A stretch of 64,000 nt of DNA, from assembly GCA_030603365.1 (NCBI GenBank), contig JAUVXV010000001.1, positions 352,001 to 416,000 of the forward strand, read 5' to 3'. Both the position numbers and the translations under genes were made by a program. The first letter of the stretch is position 1. Each line of letters starts with the position of its first letter. Below are positions 1 to 10,172 of this stretch, piece after piece. Under the pieces are notes generated by a model, which saw only the letters and a list, made by a program, of their open reading frames with translations, was not told where the DNA came from and made no database searches. The DNA comes from Candidatus Heimdallarchaeota archaeon (GTDB lineage Archaea > Asgardarchaeota > Heimdallarchaeia > Heimdallarchaeales > Heimdallarchaeaceae).

Positions 1-261
1 CTCAAGAATTCTGAAAATCCTCTTAGCGGTTTTAATCTGGAATTTAGTAAACTTGTTAAGATATCTAGTATAAACGAGTTCTGTATATCTATCCCTGGAA
101 ATTCTTCTGCTTCTAAGGATAGACTTGACAACCAAAGGATATGAAATTGTTCCAGTAATATCTCCAGTGATGAAAATAACTTGACATTCCTTTAGTTTTC
201 TTTGAATTCTCCTCAAATTACTAATACAACCGTGTAAATCACCTAATATAGCAAATTTCAC
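1..261 (-). CDS. Calcineurin-like metallophosphoesterase, 5' part (runs off the window start; absent from the ORF track)
   Basis: Manual translation from GTG at 261 (GTGA overlap with the hutH stop) gives MKFAILGDLHG...VIFITGDI, matching the DxH and GD motifs; frame open to position 1. Confidence 0.8.
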   Translation of the reverse strand, partial: MKFAILGDLHGCISNLRRIQRKLKECQVIFITGDITGTISYPLVVKSILRSRRISRDRYTELVYTRYLNKFTKFQIKTAKRIFRILE

Positions 262-1799
262 TCAAGATCACCAAGAAGCTTACCTGTTTCTTGTTCAATC
301 ATTTGGATGAGTTTTCTGTTGTATATCTGTTCCCCAATCCAATTAACTTCAGTATCAAAAAATCTGTCTTCCTTCAAAGGTGGGATTGTTTCTCTTATGA
401 ATGAGTAGACTTTGTTTAATCCATTTGATATGGTCCTAGTTTCATTGAATCCTAATGCTTGACACGCTGTATAAATTTCTACAGCTATCATCTTAGACAC
501 ATTATTTACTATCTTGTAAGTTTTCTTACTTGCAGTTAATCCCATAGAAACATGATCTTCTTGATTTGCGGATACAGAAGTATTGTCAATAGAAGCTGGG
601 GAGGCGAGTACCTTGTTTTCTGCGGAAATAGCAGTATCAGCATATTGTAAAATCATTAATCCTGAGTTCAAACCAGGTTGTTCTGATAAGAAAGGAGGAA
701 GATCAGAAATTGAAGAATCTAATAGTAAGTTGACTCTTCTTTCGGAAATATTCCCCAACTCAGTCATAGCTATTCCAAGATAGTCCATTGAAAGTCCTAT
801 GGGTTCTCCATGAAAATTACCCCCCGAGGCAACTTCCGAGTTTTCCAGATCTATAAGTGGATTATCTGTTGTTGAATTAATCTCAATTTCTACAAGATTC
901 TTACAATATATAATTGCATCTAAAATCGCACCATGAACTTGAGGAGAACATCTGATAGAGTAAGGATCTTGAATCCTTTTTGGTTGTTTGCTAAGTAAAT
1001 CGCTTCCTTCTAGAATATCAAGTAAAGCTTTTGCAAACTCTTTTTGACCTTTGTGTGGGCGCAAATTCATAATGAAAGATGAGAAAGCTTGAACATTTCC
1101 ATCAAAAGCTTCCAAAGTTAGTCCGACTGATAACACAGAATTCTTCAAAACATTTATTCCATCATAGACGGTATGAACAGCAAATGAAGTAAGTACATGA
1201 GTTCCATTAATTAGTGATAATCCTTCCTTAGCACTAAGTTCAATCGGAGATAAACCTATTTTTGCAAGAATTTCAGAACCTTTGAATATTTTATCTTCAA
1301 ATTTAGCTTCTCCTTCACCTATGAGGATTCTTGCAATATATGCAAGCGGTGATAAATCTCCACTAGCTCCTAAAGAACCAATACTAGGTACAAGAGGTAT
1401 GATTCGGTTATTGATTAACTTCTCAAGCATTTCAGCTAGTTCTATTCTAATACCACTACCCCCCCTACAAAAGGAATTAAGTTCAATAACCAATGCACCT
1501 AAAACAACTTCATCAGGGAGATAAGGACCAAAACCAATACTGTGTGATTTTATGAGATTTGTTTGTAGTTTCTCTCTTTCAGATGGAGAGATGATTTTGT
1601 TTTCAAGTTTTCCAAAACCTGTAGAAACACCATAGATAATTTCATTTTTCGCAAGCTTCTCTTCGATAATACTTCTTGCCTTTTTGATTCTTTCTCTCCC
1701 CTCTTTACCTATTTTAACTGCATTTCTAAAGCGTGTAACTTCAATTATGTCATTTAAAGTTAGTGAATCTCCATCTAAAATAATGAATTCATTACTCAT
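258..1799 (-). CDS. hutH: Histidine ammonia-lyase
   Basis: MIO signature GSLGASGDL, YGVSTGFG, HAL-type SH pair (LIKSHS), GGNFHG, NQEDHVSM. Confidence 0.92.
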   Translation of the reverse strand: MSNEFIILDGDSLTLNDIIEVTRFRNAVKIGKEGRERIKKARSIIEEKLAKNEIIYGVSTGFGKLENKIISPSEREKLQTNLIKSHSIGFGPYLPDEVVLGALVIELNSFCRGGSGIRIELAEMLEKLINNRIIPLVPSIGSLGASGDLSPLAYIARILIGEGEAKFEDKIFKGSEILAKIGLSPIELSAKEGLSLINGTHVLTSFAVHTVYDGINVLKNSVLSVGLTLEAFDGNVQAFSSFIMNLRPHKGQKEFAKALLDILEGSDLLSKQPKRIQDPYSIRCSPQVHGAILDAIIYCKNLVEIEINSTTDNPLIDLENSEVASGGNFHGEPIGLSMDYLGIAMTELGNISERRVNLLLDSSISDLPPFLSEQPGLNSGLMILQYADTAISAENKVLASPASIDNTSVSANQEDHVSMGLTASKKTYKIVNNVSKMIAVEIYTACQALGFNETRTISNGLNKVYSFIRETIPPLKEDRFFDTEVNWIGEQIYNRKLIQMIEQETGKLLGDLE

Positions 1800-1960
1800 G
1801 TTACTCTAGTATTTTATGATTCCTTCTTATTTATTATGCTTTCTCCAAATTAGAGATTAATGCAAAACTGTAATGTTAATCAAATAACTAACGTATATTG
1901 GGGAAAAATTTTAAACAGAAAGAAGAACGATTGCTAAATATCAAATTAGGAGATAAGAAT

Positions 1961-3484
1961 ATGACCTATGTAATTACAGGTAAAGGACTAACGATTGAAG
2001 ATGTTGTAAATGTCGCACGACATAATGAAAAAGTGGAAATCCATCCTGATGCAATGGAACGAATGAAAAAATGCAGGGAAATGATAGAGGAGAAAATTGC
2101 AGCAAAAGAAATTATGTATGGAATTACCACTGGAATAGGAGAATTTTCTGAAGTTGTCTTAACAGATGAAGAAGTTTTGTTATTTCAGAAATATTTGATC
2201 TATAATCATGCTGCGGGAATTGGTAAAGCTGCGCCAATAGAACATATTCGTGGAGCAATGTTAGGTAGAATAAATGTTTTAGCAAATGGTTATTCAGGCA
2301 ATAGACCTATTATTGCAGAAACATATGTAGAGATGTTAAATAAAGGAGTTACTCCTGAAGTTTGTGAAAAAGGATCTGTAGGTGCTTCTGGTGATCTAGC
2401 TCCTATGTCACAACTTGCTCTCTTATTAATGGGTGAAGGTCGAGCTTTTTACAAAGGAGAATTGCTACCAGGAAAGGAAGCTTTAGATAGAGCAGGCATT
2501 GAAGTACCTGGTTTACAAGCAAGAGATGGTTTGGCTGCAATCAATGGATCCAACCTTCTTACGGCAATGAGTGCTATTTTTCTATATGATGCTGAACGGT
2601 TTATGAAACATGCAGAAATTGCCTGTGCTATGTCCATTGAAGCATTAATGGGTAACATGAAACCTTACACACCTAAACTTCATGAAATTCGAGGTTTTCC
2701 TGGAGCAGTTAGATGTGCAAAAGCTCTCTCCAAACTTTTCAAAGGTGGAGATCTTTATGAAGGAAAACTAAAAGTTAAGGTACAAGATGCATATTCAATG
2801 CGTTCTGCACCACAGGTTTTAGGTGCTACACATGATACTCTAGCTTGGGCTCGATCTCAAGTAGAAATTGAACTGAATGGTGTTGGGGATAATCCTGTTT
2901 TCTTTACAGAAGAAAAACTTACACTAACTGGTGCTAACTTTCAAGGTACTCCTGTTTGTTTACCTATGGATTTAGCAGGAGCTGCAATTACAATGGTTTG
3001 TGTAATGTCTGAACGCAGAATGAATAGGTTAAATCATCCAGCTTTGAGTATAGGATTACCACCTTTCCTATCAAAACATGCAGGACTAATGTCTGGTTTG
3101 ATGTTAAGTCAATATACTGCAGGTATGCAAATAGTAGAAATGAGAATTTTATCTGCGCCTGCTAGTATACAGTCTATTCCAGCAGCAGCAGATCAAGAGG
3201 ATTTTGTATCAATGGGGATGAACACTGCACTTAAGAATTTCCAAATTATGGATAATGCATATGGTGTTCTTGGTATTGAGTTCATGGCTGCTGCTCAAGC
3301 TTTAGACTTTAGAGAATATAATTTCGGTGACGGTGTAACTAAAGCTAAGGAAGTTATACGAAGACATGTTGAATTCTTAGATATAGATAGACCTTTATTT
3401 GATGACCATAATGCAATGAAAGCGTTAGTCAAATCCTGTGAAATTCTTAAAGAAGTAGAAAAGGAAATTGGAAGTTTAGGTTAA
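1961..3484 (+). CDS. Second MIO-dependent aromatic amino acid ammonia-lyase (HAL/PAL/TAL family), substrate uncertain
   Basis: GSVGASGDL, YGITTGIG, QDAYSMR, QEDFVSM; ATG at 1961 preceded by GGAG (ORF track starts at 1898). Confidence 0.85.
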   Translation: MTYVITGKGLTIEDVVNVARHNEKVEIHPDAMERMKKCREMIEEKIAAKEIMYGITTGIGEFSEVVLTDEEVLLFQKYLIYNHAAGIGKAAPIEHIRGAMLGRINVLANGYSGNRPIIAETYVEMLNKGVTPEVCEKGSVGASGDLAPMSQLALLLMGEGRAFYKGELLPGKEALDRAGIEVPGLQARDGLAAINGSNLLTAMSAIFLYDAERFMKHAEIACAMSIEALMGNMKPYTPKLHEIRGFPGAVRCAKALSKLFKGGDLYEGKLKVKVQDAYSMRSAPQVLGATHDTLAWARSQVEIELNGVGDNPVFFTEEKLTLTGANFQGTPVCLPMDLAGAAITMVCVMSERRMNRLNHPALSIGLPPFLSKHAGLMSGLMLSQYTAGMQIVEMRILSAPASIQSIPAAADQEDFVSMGMNTALKNFQIMDNAYGVLGIEFMAAAQALDFREYNFGDGVTKAKEVIRRHVEFLDIDRPLFDDHNAMKALVKSCEILKEVEKEIGSLG

Positions 3485-3510
3485 ATACAATCTGAATTAT
3501 AGCAATTATT

Positions 3511-3540
3511 GGGATGTGGTTAACACCTTCATTCCCTTTT
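3511..3540 (+). terminator. Possible hairpin plus U-tract after the second lyase
   Basis: GGGATGTGGT..ACCTTCATTCCC imperfect stem followed by TTTT. Confidence 0.3.
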
Positions 3541-3589
3541 ATATATTTTTACTAACATAACTTTAAAAACGATGTTTTATCCTTGAAAA

Positions 3590-4861
3590 TTGAGAATGAT
3601 GCAAGATACTGAAAAAGAAGGTATTATCATTTCCAACGCTTCGGAACTATTTCTAGGCCCAGTAACAAAACATGAACCTGTATATTCTAATGAAATTGCA
3701 GATGCAGTTGTTATTAAGAAAGGTATAATTGAAGCAATTGGAGAAACATCAATTATATTGTCCAATTACTCGAAGTTTGATTATGAAATAATTGATTGCA
3801 AAAAAAGGAATGCAGTATGTTCAAGTTTTGTCGATTCGCACACTCATCTTGTTTTTGCAGGCGATAGATCTCATGAATTGCGAATGAAGTTACAGGGAAA
3901 ATCATATCTAGAAATAGCTCAAGGTGGCGGAGGAATTATGTTTTCCGTTAATAAAACACGCGAAGCTTCAGAATCAGAACTTGAAAACCTTGCTCTTCAA
4001 CGCTTAGATGAAATGCTTCTACATGGAACTACCACAATTGAAGCAAAATCTGGTTATGGTTTGGATGCAGAGAACGAAATTAAAATCTTGGAAGTTATAC
4101 AAAGTGTAAATGAAAAACATCCAATTGAAATTATTTCTACTTTTTTAGGGTGTCATATAACACCTACAGATTTTCTAGGAAATCAATGGGAATATATTGA
4201 AAGCATGATGCAACTTCTACCTCAAATTAAGTCTCGAAATCTTGCTGAGTTTGTAGATATTTGGACCGATCAAGGAGCTTTTTCAGTTGAAGAATCAACA
4301 TTATTTCTAGAACAGTCCAAAGAGATGGGATTCAAGAGCAGAGTGCATGCTGATGAACTGGAAAACGTGGGAGCTGCAATAATGGCTGCTAATCTTAGGG
4401 CCGTATCTGCAGACCATCTTCTATTATCAGAAGCAGTTTCAGCAGATGCAATGGCTGAAGCAAATGTTGTAGCTAACCTACTTCCCGCTACTCCGTTTGT
4501 ATTAATGTCAAAGAAATATGCAAATTATCAAATGTTTAAAGATGCAGGAGTTACAGTTGCATTGTCATCAGATTTTAACCCAAATTGCTATGTTTTAGAT
4601 ATGCAAACAGTAATCGCATTAGGCTGTTATATGATGAAAATGTTACCTGAAGAAGCATTACAAGCATCTACTTATGGAGGAGCAGTATCTCTCAATAGAG
4701 AAAATGAAATTGGGTCTATTGACATAGGAAAAAGTGCAGATATTCAGATATTAGATGTCCAAAACATTGCTTCAATACCATACAAATTCGGTGTAAACCA
4801 TGTTAATACTGTGATTAAGAACGGTAAAATAGTGGTTGAAAATGGAATAAAAGTAGAATAA
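3590..4861 (+). CDS. hutI: Imidazolonepropionase
   Basis: DSHTHLVFAG, TTIEAKSGYGL, HADEL, SADHL, SDFNP. Confidence 0.93.
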   Translation: MRMMQDTEKEGIIISNASELFLGPVTKHEPVYSNEIADAVVIKKGIIEAIGETSIILSNYSKFDYEIIDCKKRNAVCSSFVDSHTHLVFAGDRSHELRMKLQGKSYLEIAQGGGGIMFSVNKTREASESELENLALQRLDEMLLHGTTTIEAKSGYGLDAENEIKILEVIQSVNEKHPIEIISTFLGCHITPTDFLGNQWEYIESMMQLLPQIKSRNLAEFVDIWTDQGAFSVEESTLFLEQSKEMGFKSRVHADELENVGAAIMAANLRAVSADHLLLSEAVSADAMAEANVVANLLPATPFVLMSKKYANYQMFKDAGVTVALSSDFNPNCYVLDMQTVIALGCYMMKMLPEEALQASTYGGAVSLNRENEIGSIDIGKSADIQILDVQNIASIPYKFGVNHVNTVIKNGKIVVENGIKVE

Positions 4862-4884
4862 TTTTATAGTTTATTTTCTAATTT

Positions 4885-6237
4885 CTATATAAATGGTGCA
4901 ATGAATAGAGAAATACTTAGTAGTAAAGAATAAGCTAAGCAAGTTAGTATGGTCATAGCTGATGCTGGTATCATCGCTAGATAGTTATCATAGTTTTTTA
5001 TTGCAGTAATAGCTGCTTTTATCGGTAATGGAAGAGAAATCAGCACAATCAAACTCAAAACAGGTAAAATCTGTAAAACAACATAAAGTACTAGTAAAAG
5101 GTAAGTCAATAAAGAAACGCATACAAATAGAATAATACTTCTCTTTTTTCCTAAAATTACCACCCAATTCTTTTTCCCTTTAGCTTTATCAGATTCATAA
5201 TCTGGAAACTGATTAATGAATAATATAAGGGATATCAACAATCCAACTAAAATTGAAACAAACAGTGGAGTCCATGAAAAGATTTCATTTTGCACATAGT
5301 ATGATCCATAGATTATAGCAGGTCCAAGACTCAGAAAAATAGCAAATTCACCTAATCCATAATATACTAATTTGAATGGAACACCTACATAGAATATTCC
5401 AAGAAAAACTCCAGCTATACCAATATATAAAATAATATTTCCCTCTACTGTGAAATTAAGAAAGAATCCAATAATAATACAAAAAATAAGATTGATGAAG
5501 GCTGAAATTAAAACACGACTGGGAGCTAGTAATTTGTTCTGTATCATTCTTGAACCTCCTGAAAAAGGTGTCTGTTGAACATTAATCTCATCTAATCCAG
5601 AACGATGATCAAAGTAGTCATTACTCAAATCTGCACTAATATGGAAAAATAATATGCCCAAAAGCGTTAAAATAAAATTAAGCCACGAATTTAAAGTACC
5701 AGTCTCAAAGAAAGCAACTGCGGTTCCCACAAGTACACCTATCAAACTTACAGAAATAAAGGGTAATCTTACAGCTCTTGTCCAAAACTTCAATGTAGAA
5801 GTAATTCTATTTAGAAATCGACTTATGTTAGAGGATTCGTTTTCTGTGAAATGGTATTCAAAATTCCATTTTTCTACTTCCATTTCTAAAGGAATTACCT
5901 CAATAAGTTCCAAACCAAAAATACCTTGTGGGAGTAAAAAGTCATTTTTAGATAAGTCCTCTAAAATCTCTTCTTTTAGATGATGATTCTTCAAAATTCT
6001 AGCTCTGCCTTTTATGTTTAGACTCTTTTCTTCATCTTTGACTACCATTATAACATTGGAATTATATTTTATATGCTCAATATGAATGCTATTAGCTAGT
6101 CCAACCAGATATATCTTATTTCTAGACTGTTTAAACGAAACTTGAACATTGTGTTTATTTCTATAACTTTGCGTAAAAAGCTGTAATTTAGAATGCTTAC
6201 TAAGAAATTTTTGAGCTTGTTCAAGCATTAAGTTCAA
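4885..6237 (-). CDS. menA: MenA/UbiA-family prenyltransferase with an extra N-terminal soluble domain (possibly PNPOx-like split barrel)
   Basis: NDYFD..G.D, FSGGSR, NQFPDYESD..GKK motifs and ~8 TM helices; ~140-aa N-terminal extension. Confidence 0.75.
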   Translation of the reverse strand: MNLMLEQAQKFLSKHSKLQLFTQSYRNKHNVQVSFKQSRNKIYLVGLANSIHIEHIKYNSNVIMVVKDEEKSLNIKGRARILKNHHLKEEILEDLSKNDFLLPQGIFGLELIEVIPLEMEVEKWNFEYHFTENESSNISRFLNRITSTLKFWTRAVRLPFISVSLIGVLVGTAVAFFETGTLNSWLNFILTLLGILFFHISADLSNDYFDHRSGLDEINVQQTPFSGGSRMIQNKLLAPSRVLISAFINLIFCIIIGFFLNFTVEGNIILYIGIAGVFLGIFYVGVPFKLVYYGLGEFAIFLSLGPAIIYGSYYVQNEIFSWTPLFVSILVGLLISLILFINQFPDYESDKAKGKKNWVVILGKKRSIILFVCVSLLTYLLLVLYVVLQILPVLSLIVLISLPLPIKAAITAIKNYDNYLAMIPASAMTILTCLAYSLLLSISLFIAPFI

Positions 6238-6309
6238 GGTATTATTTTTGTATTTAAAAGTTATTAAAAATAATTAAAGAAAAGGAAATAAGAAAAAGAG
6301 GGGGGATAT

Positions 6310-7965
6310 TTACATCATACCAGGCATTCCGCCCATTCCACCCATACCACCCATTCCACCTGGGGGCATTGCTGGTTTCTCTGATTTTGAAACGATGACG
6401 TCATCAATTCGCATAATCATGATGGAAGATTCACTTGCAGATTTGATTGCTTGAGATACAACTCTATGTGGTTCAATTATTCCTGCTTTAAACATATCAA
6501 CAATTTTACCATTCTTGAACAAGTTCAATCCCTGTGCAACATTTTCTTCAGCATGAGCAGAACGAAGTTCATTAAGAATATCAAGAGGGTCAATACCTGC
6601 ATTTTCTGCTAAAGTTGTTGGAATTGCAAGTAAAGCTTCTGCAAAAGCTTTGACAGCTAATTGTCTTTTATCTTTGAATTCATCTGCAAACTCTTCGAGT
6701 CTTAGGGATAATTCTGTATAGATTGCTCCTCCACCTGGTAAGTATGTTTTATCTTCAACAACATTTCTTACAACACAAAGTGCATCATGAGTTGCTCTTT
6801 CTGCTTCATCAGTTACATATTTGGTAGCTCCGTAGAGAACAATTGAAACAGATTTTGGACTCTTACACTCACGAACAAAAACGTGGTCATCATCACCAAT
6901 CTTAACTTCTTCTACCATACCAGCATAACCAAGATCCTCAGCTTTAGCATCTTTGAGGTGTGTAACGATTTTTCCTCCAGTAGCACGGGCAAGTTTTTCC
7001 ATATCGCTTTTCTTAACCCTTCTCAAGGCAAGAATGTCGTTCTTAGCCATGAAATATTGAGCCATATCGTCAATGCCTTTTTGGGCAACTACAACAGTTG
7101 CCCCAGTAGCTACTATCTGATCAACCATATCTCTAATAATTTGTTCCTCATTATCTAGAAAAGATTTCATTTCTAATGGATCGTTAATCCTAATTTCTCT
7201 ATCCCATTCACCTTTCTGAACTTCAACATTATAGTTGAGTAAAAGGATTTTAGCATCTTTAACTCTCTTGGGCATAGCAGTATGTACAACTTCCTTATCA
7301 ACAATGACACCTTCAACAAGTTCTGACTGAACAAGATTCTTACCAGTCTTTTGGAGTATTTTGATATTGTCGAGATCAACTTTGAAATTACCATTGTCTT
7401 CGTCGGCAACTTTCTTAATACTGTCAACGGCTATTTTTTCAATGAGTTCTTTTGCTCCATGAACAGCTTTACTGTTCAAAGCAGTTCCTGCAATTTGAAG
7501 AAGAAGTTTCTCATCTTCAATAGGATTCAACTTCTTGGCATATTTGTCAATAAGCTCTTGAGCTTTCTGAGAAGCTGCTTTGTAACCTTCAACAATTAAA
7601 GAAGCATGAATTTTCTTATCTAGAAGCTCACCTCCTAGCCTAAGAAGCTCACCAGCAACAACAACAGCACTGGTAGTTCCATCTCCTGTTTCAACATCCT
7701 GAGCTTTTGCAATTTGAACTATCATTTTGGCTGCTGGGTGTTGAACATCAATTTCATCAAGCAAAGTAGCACCATCGTTAGAGATTAAAATATCTCCTAG
7801 AGAGTCTACCAACATTTTGTCCATACCTTTAGGACCAAGAGTGCTCTTAATAGTATCAGCAACAATAGTTGCTGCCATAATATTATTTCGTTGAGCATCT
7901 CGACCTTTGGACCTTTCAGTTCCTTCTTTGAGAATTATGACTGGAATTTGACCTTGACCCATCAT
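6310..7965 (-). CDS. ths: Thermosome (group II chaperonin) subunit
   Basis: STLGPKGMDKML, SNDGAT, GDGTTS, C-terminal GGM repeats. Confidence 0.97.
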   Translation of the reverse strand: MMGQGQIPVIILKEGTERSKGRDAQRNNIMAATIVADTIKSTLGPKGMDKMLVDSLGDILISNDGATLLDEIDVQHPAAKMIVQIAKAQDVETGDGTTSAVVVAGELLRLGGELLDKKIHASLIVEGYKAASQKAQELIDKYAKKLNPIEDEKLLLQIAGTALNSKAVHGAKELIEKIAVDSIKKVADEDNGNFKVDLDNIKILQKTGKNLVQSELVEGVIVDKEVVHTAMPKRVKDAKILLLNYNVEVQKGEWDREIRINDPLEMKSFLDNEEQIIRDMVDQIVATGATVVVAQKGIDDMAQYFMAKNDILALRRVKKSDMEKLARATGGKIVTHLKDAKAEDLGYAGMVEEVKIGDDDHVFVRECKSPKSVSIVLYGATKYVTDEAERATHDALCVVRNVVEDKTYLPGGGAIYTELSLRLEEFADEFKDKRQLAVKAFAEALLAIPTTLAENAGIDPLDILNELRSAHAEENVAQGLNLFKNGKIVDMFKAGIIEPHRVVSQAIKSASESSIMIMRIDDVIVSKSEKPAMPPGGMGGMGGMGGMPGMM

Positions 7966-8113
7966 TTTTTACACCTTTGTTTAGTATATTGGCATGTTTT
8001 AGCATGACATTATATACATTTTTCAAGTTGATGTGTCTAATCACTGATATATAATTCTTACTATCTTGAAAAAAATATAAAAACTGCTTGAAAATATTTA
8101 TTTAGTTAACAAA

Positions 8114-8382
8114 ATGTCTAATATATTTGGTGCTCTTGTGATGGCACCTTGGGAATTTATTTTATATTTAGCTATTGCTTTGATTTTAGGGTTATTAGTT
8201 TGTGCTACTTGTGGATTATCTCAACGTTCTTCTTCTTCACCTTCACAATTTTACCAACAACTTGTACAATCCTTCGTTGAAACCCAACTTTCTACCCTGA
8301 CCTGTATTCATGTGGGATTGTTATGGATAGTGATTCAATTTTCTGTAGAAGATGTGGTAGAAAGTCGTCAGAATCACAGTAA
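8114..8382 (+). pseudogene. Small TM + zinc-ribbon protein split by a 1-nt frameshift near 8305-8311
   Basis: The ORF frame reads TM..TCIH; the -1 frame continues CGIVMDSDSIFCRRCGRKSSESQ* (stop 8380-8382), completing CxxC-x10-CxxC. Confidence 0.6.
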
Positions 8383-8514
8383 TTGAAGTAACACTATAAT
8401 TACGTTGTATGAAAACTTTAATTCCAAATGCATAAAGCTGTTTTATTTCATTCAGATATTAAGAAAATCTTTTTATCGTTCTATTCTAAATGTTTCCTAC
8501 TGGGGTTATTCCAT

Positions 8515-10086
8515 ATGGCTGAAGACGAAACTCTTCAAGATACTGAGAGAATGAGAGTATTATTCTTTACAAGTCCTGATTGTTTTGCATGTCCAGAGGT
8601 AGAAAGAGTGATAGAGAACATCGCTGGTACTTCCATGAAGGGAATTCTTCATGTGAGTACAATTGATATCTCTGAAGACCAAGAAATAGCCGCTCAATAT
8701 GGAATCATGAGTGTTCCTGTTATCATGATAAATGATGAAAGGATTGCTGAAGGTCTTATTACAGAAGATGTTATCAGAGAAAAACTCTGGTCCCATATTC
8801 TACCAAACATAATTGAAAAAGAAAGAGATACTCGACGTACAGAGAGTATGATGATTTTAACAAAAAACACAATTAGTAGTATTATTTCACAAGAGCTCGT
8901 TCGTAAGAATCTTGGAGATTATGTTCATATTAGCGTTTATCAACAAGTGATGATGTCTCTCTTACAATTAGATCCTTTAATTCCTCAGCTTCTATATCAA
9001 AATGGTAGAGAACTAGGAATTTTCGGTGCTGCACCATATTATCTTACTGTTCTTAACCCCAAAGTAGGTGCTGTTAAGCCTGAAGAAAGATTTCAAGAAA
9101 CTCTAATCGCTTTAGCTCTGCTATATAGTCATAATAATACTGTACCGTTGTATTATGCAACTCAATGTGATGTAGCTAAGATGGAAGGCTATACCGCAAC
9201 ACTTCGTATTTATGAACTTGCTAATAGTGCTGGAGCAATTAACATTGGTGAAACACTTTGTCATTTTACTGCAGGAGAAATTGCTGGTACTGTTGAGGCA
9301 ATGATTGGATCTGCCACTAGTGTAAAAGAATCAAGATGTAAAGGATTAGGAGATCCATTTTGCGAATTCGAAATAGAAGTATATCTTGGAAAGGAACCTG
9401 GAAAAGCTCCTTATCGTGTTCATGAAACTAAACTAGAGGATAGGCAAGTACAATTTCTAGGAGATTTCCCTGAAGAGGATCATAGAAGACAATTATACTA
9501 CGAGTTTATACATGGGACAACTTTACATGGTTATAATTCCCTAAAAATGACAGAAGCGCTTAGACCAAATGATGTAGATTATGTTCACATTAGCGCACTA
9601 CAACAACAAATTATCTCTCTTAAGTTCAAAGACAAATTCTGTGGTGCTTTACTTTATTCTGCTGGTAGAGAATTAGGTGTCATCGGACCAGGTAAGTCAT
9701 TAATCTATGATTTACTTGCAAAAGAAAAAGCAGAACTACCAATCAAATCACTTGCACAAGCTACTAGGATTATGAAAGAATATTTCACTCATCCAACAAA
9801 TTACTTACCGAGAGCTCATTCATTTGTTGAAGTTTTTGAAGGTGAAGATGAAGATGAAATGTTCTTGAGAATTTATGAATGTGCGTATGCATCTGGTGCG
9901 AATTTTTCTGAAACTGATATGAAAGAAACTCTTTGTGATTTTCAATCCGGGTATATAGCAGGTCGTTTAGCACTAATTCTGGATGCTCCTCCAATCGTTA
10001 CAGAAACAAAATGTCATGGAACAGGACATAATTATTGTGAATTTAGGATAGAAAAAGGATATACTTTCGAAGAAGAAGGACAATAA
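8515..10086 (+). CDS. Thioredoxin-V4R-V4R fusion protein
   Basis: Trx domain (FTSPDCFAC..YGIMSVP) then two V4R repeats (CHFTAG..ESRC..GDPFCEF; CDFQSG..ETKC..GHNYCEF); likely start ATG 8515. Confidence 0.8.
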   Translation: MAEDETLQDTERMRVLFFTSPDCFACPEVERVIENIAGTSMKGILHVSTIDISEDQEIAAQYGIMSVPVIMINDERIAEGLITEDVIREKLWSHILPNIIEKERDTRRTESMMILTKNTISSIISQELVRKNLGDYVHISVYQQVMMSLLQLDPLIPQLLYQNGRELGIFGAAPYYLTVLNPKVGAVKPEERFQETLIALALLYSHNNTVPLYYATQCDVAKMEGYTATLRIYELANSAGAINIGETLCHFTAGEIAGTVEAMIGSATSVKESRCKGLGDPFCEFEIEVYLGKEPGKAPYRVHETKLEDRQVQFLGDFPEEDHRRQLYYEFIHGTTLHGYNSLKMTEALRPNDVDYVHISALQQQIISLKFKDKFCGALLYSAGRELGVIGPGKSLIYDLLAKEKAELPIKSLAQATRIMKEYFTHPTNYLPRAHSFVEVFEGEDEDEMFLRIYECAYASGANFSETDMKETLCDFQSGYIAGRLALILDAPPIVTETKCHGTGHNYCEFRIEKGYTFEEEGQ

Positions 10087-10172
10087 GAATCTTCTTCTGT
10101 TCGGAAGGATAATATTTATAACTTAACTTTTTTGTAGATTTCAAGAACATCTTTATTGAAAGGAAGATTACT

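Noticed and set aside
6310-6370. GGM-encoding tandem repeat
   Set aside because: Normal chaperonin C-terminal tail, not a separate repeat element
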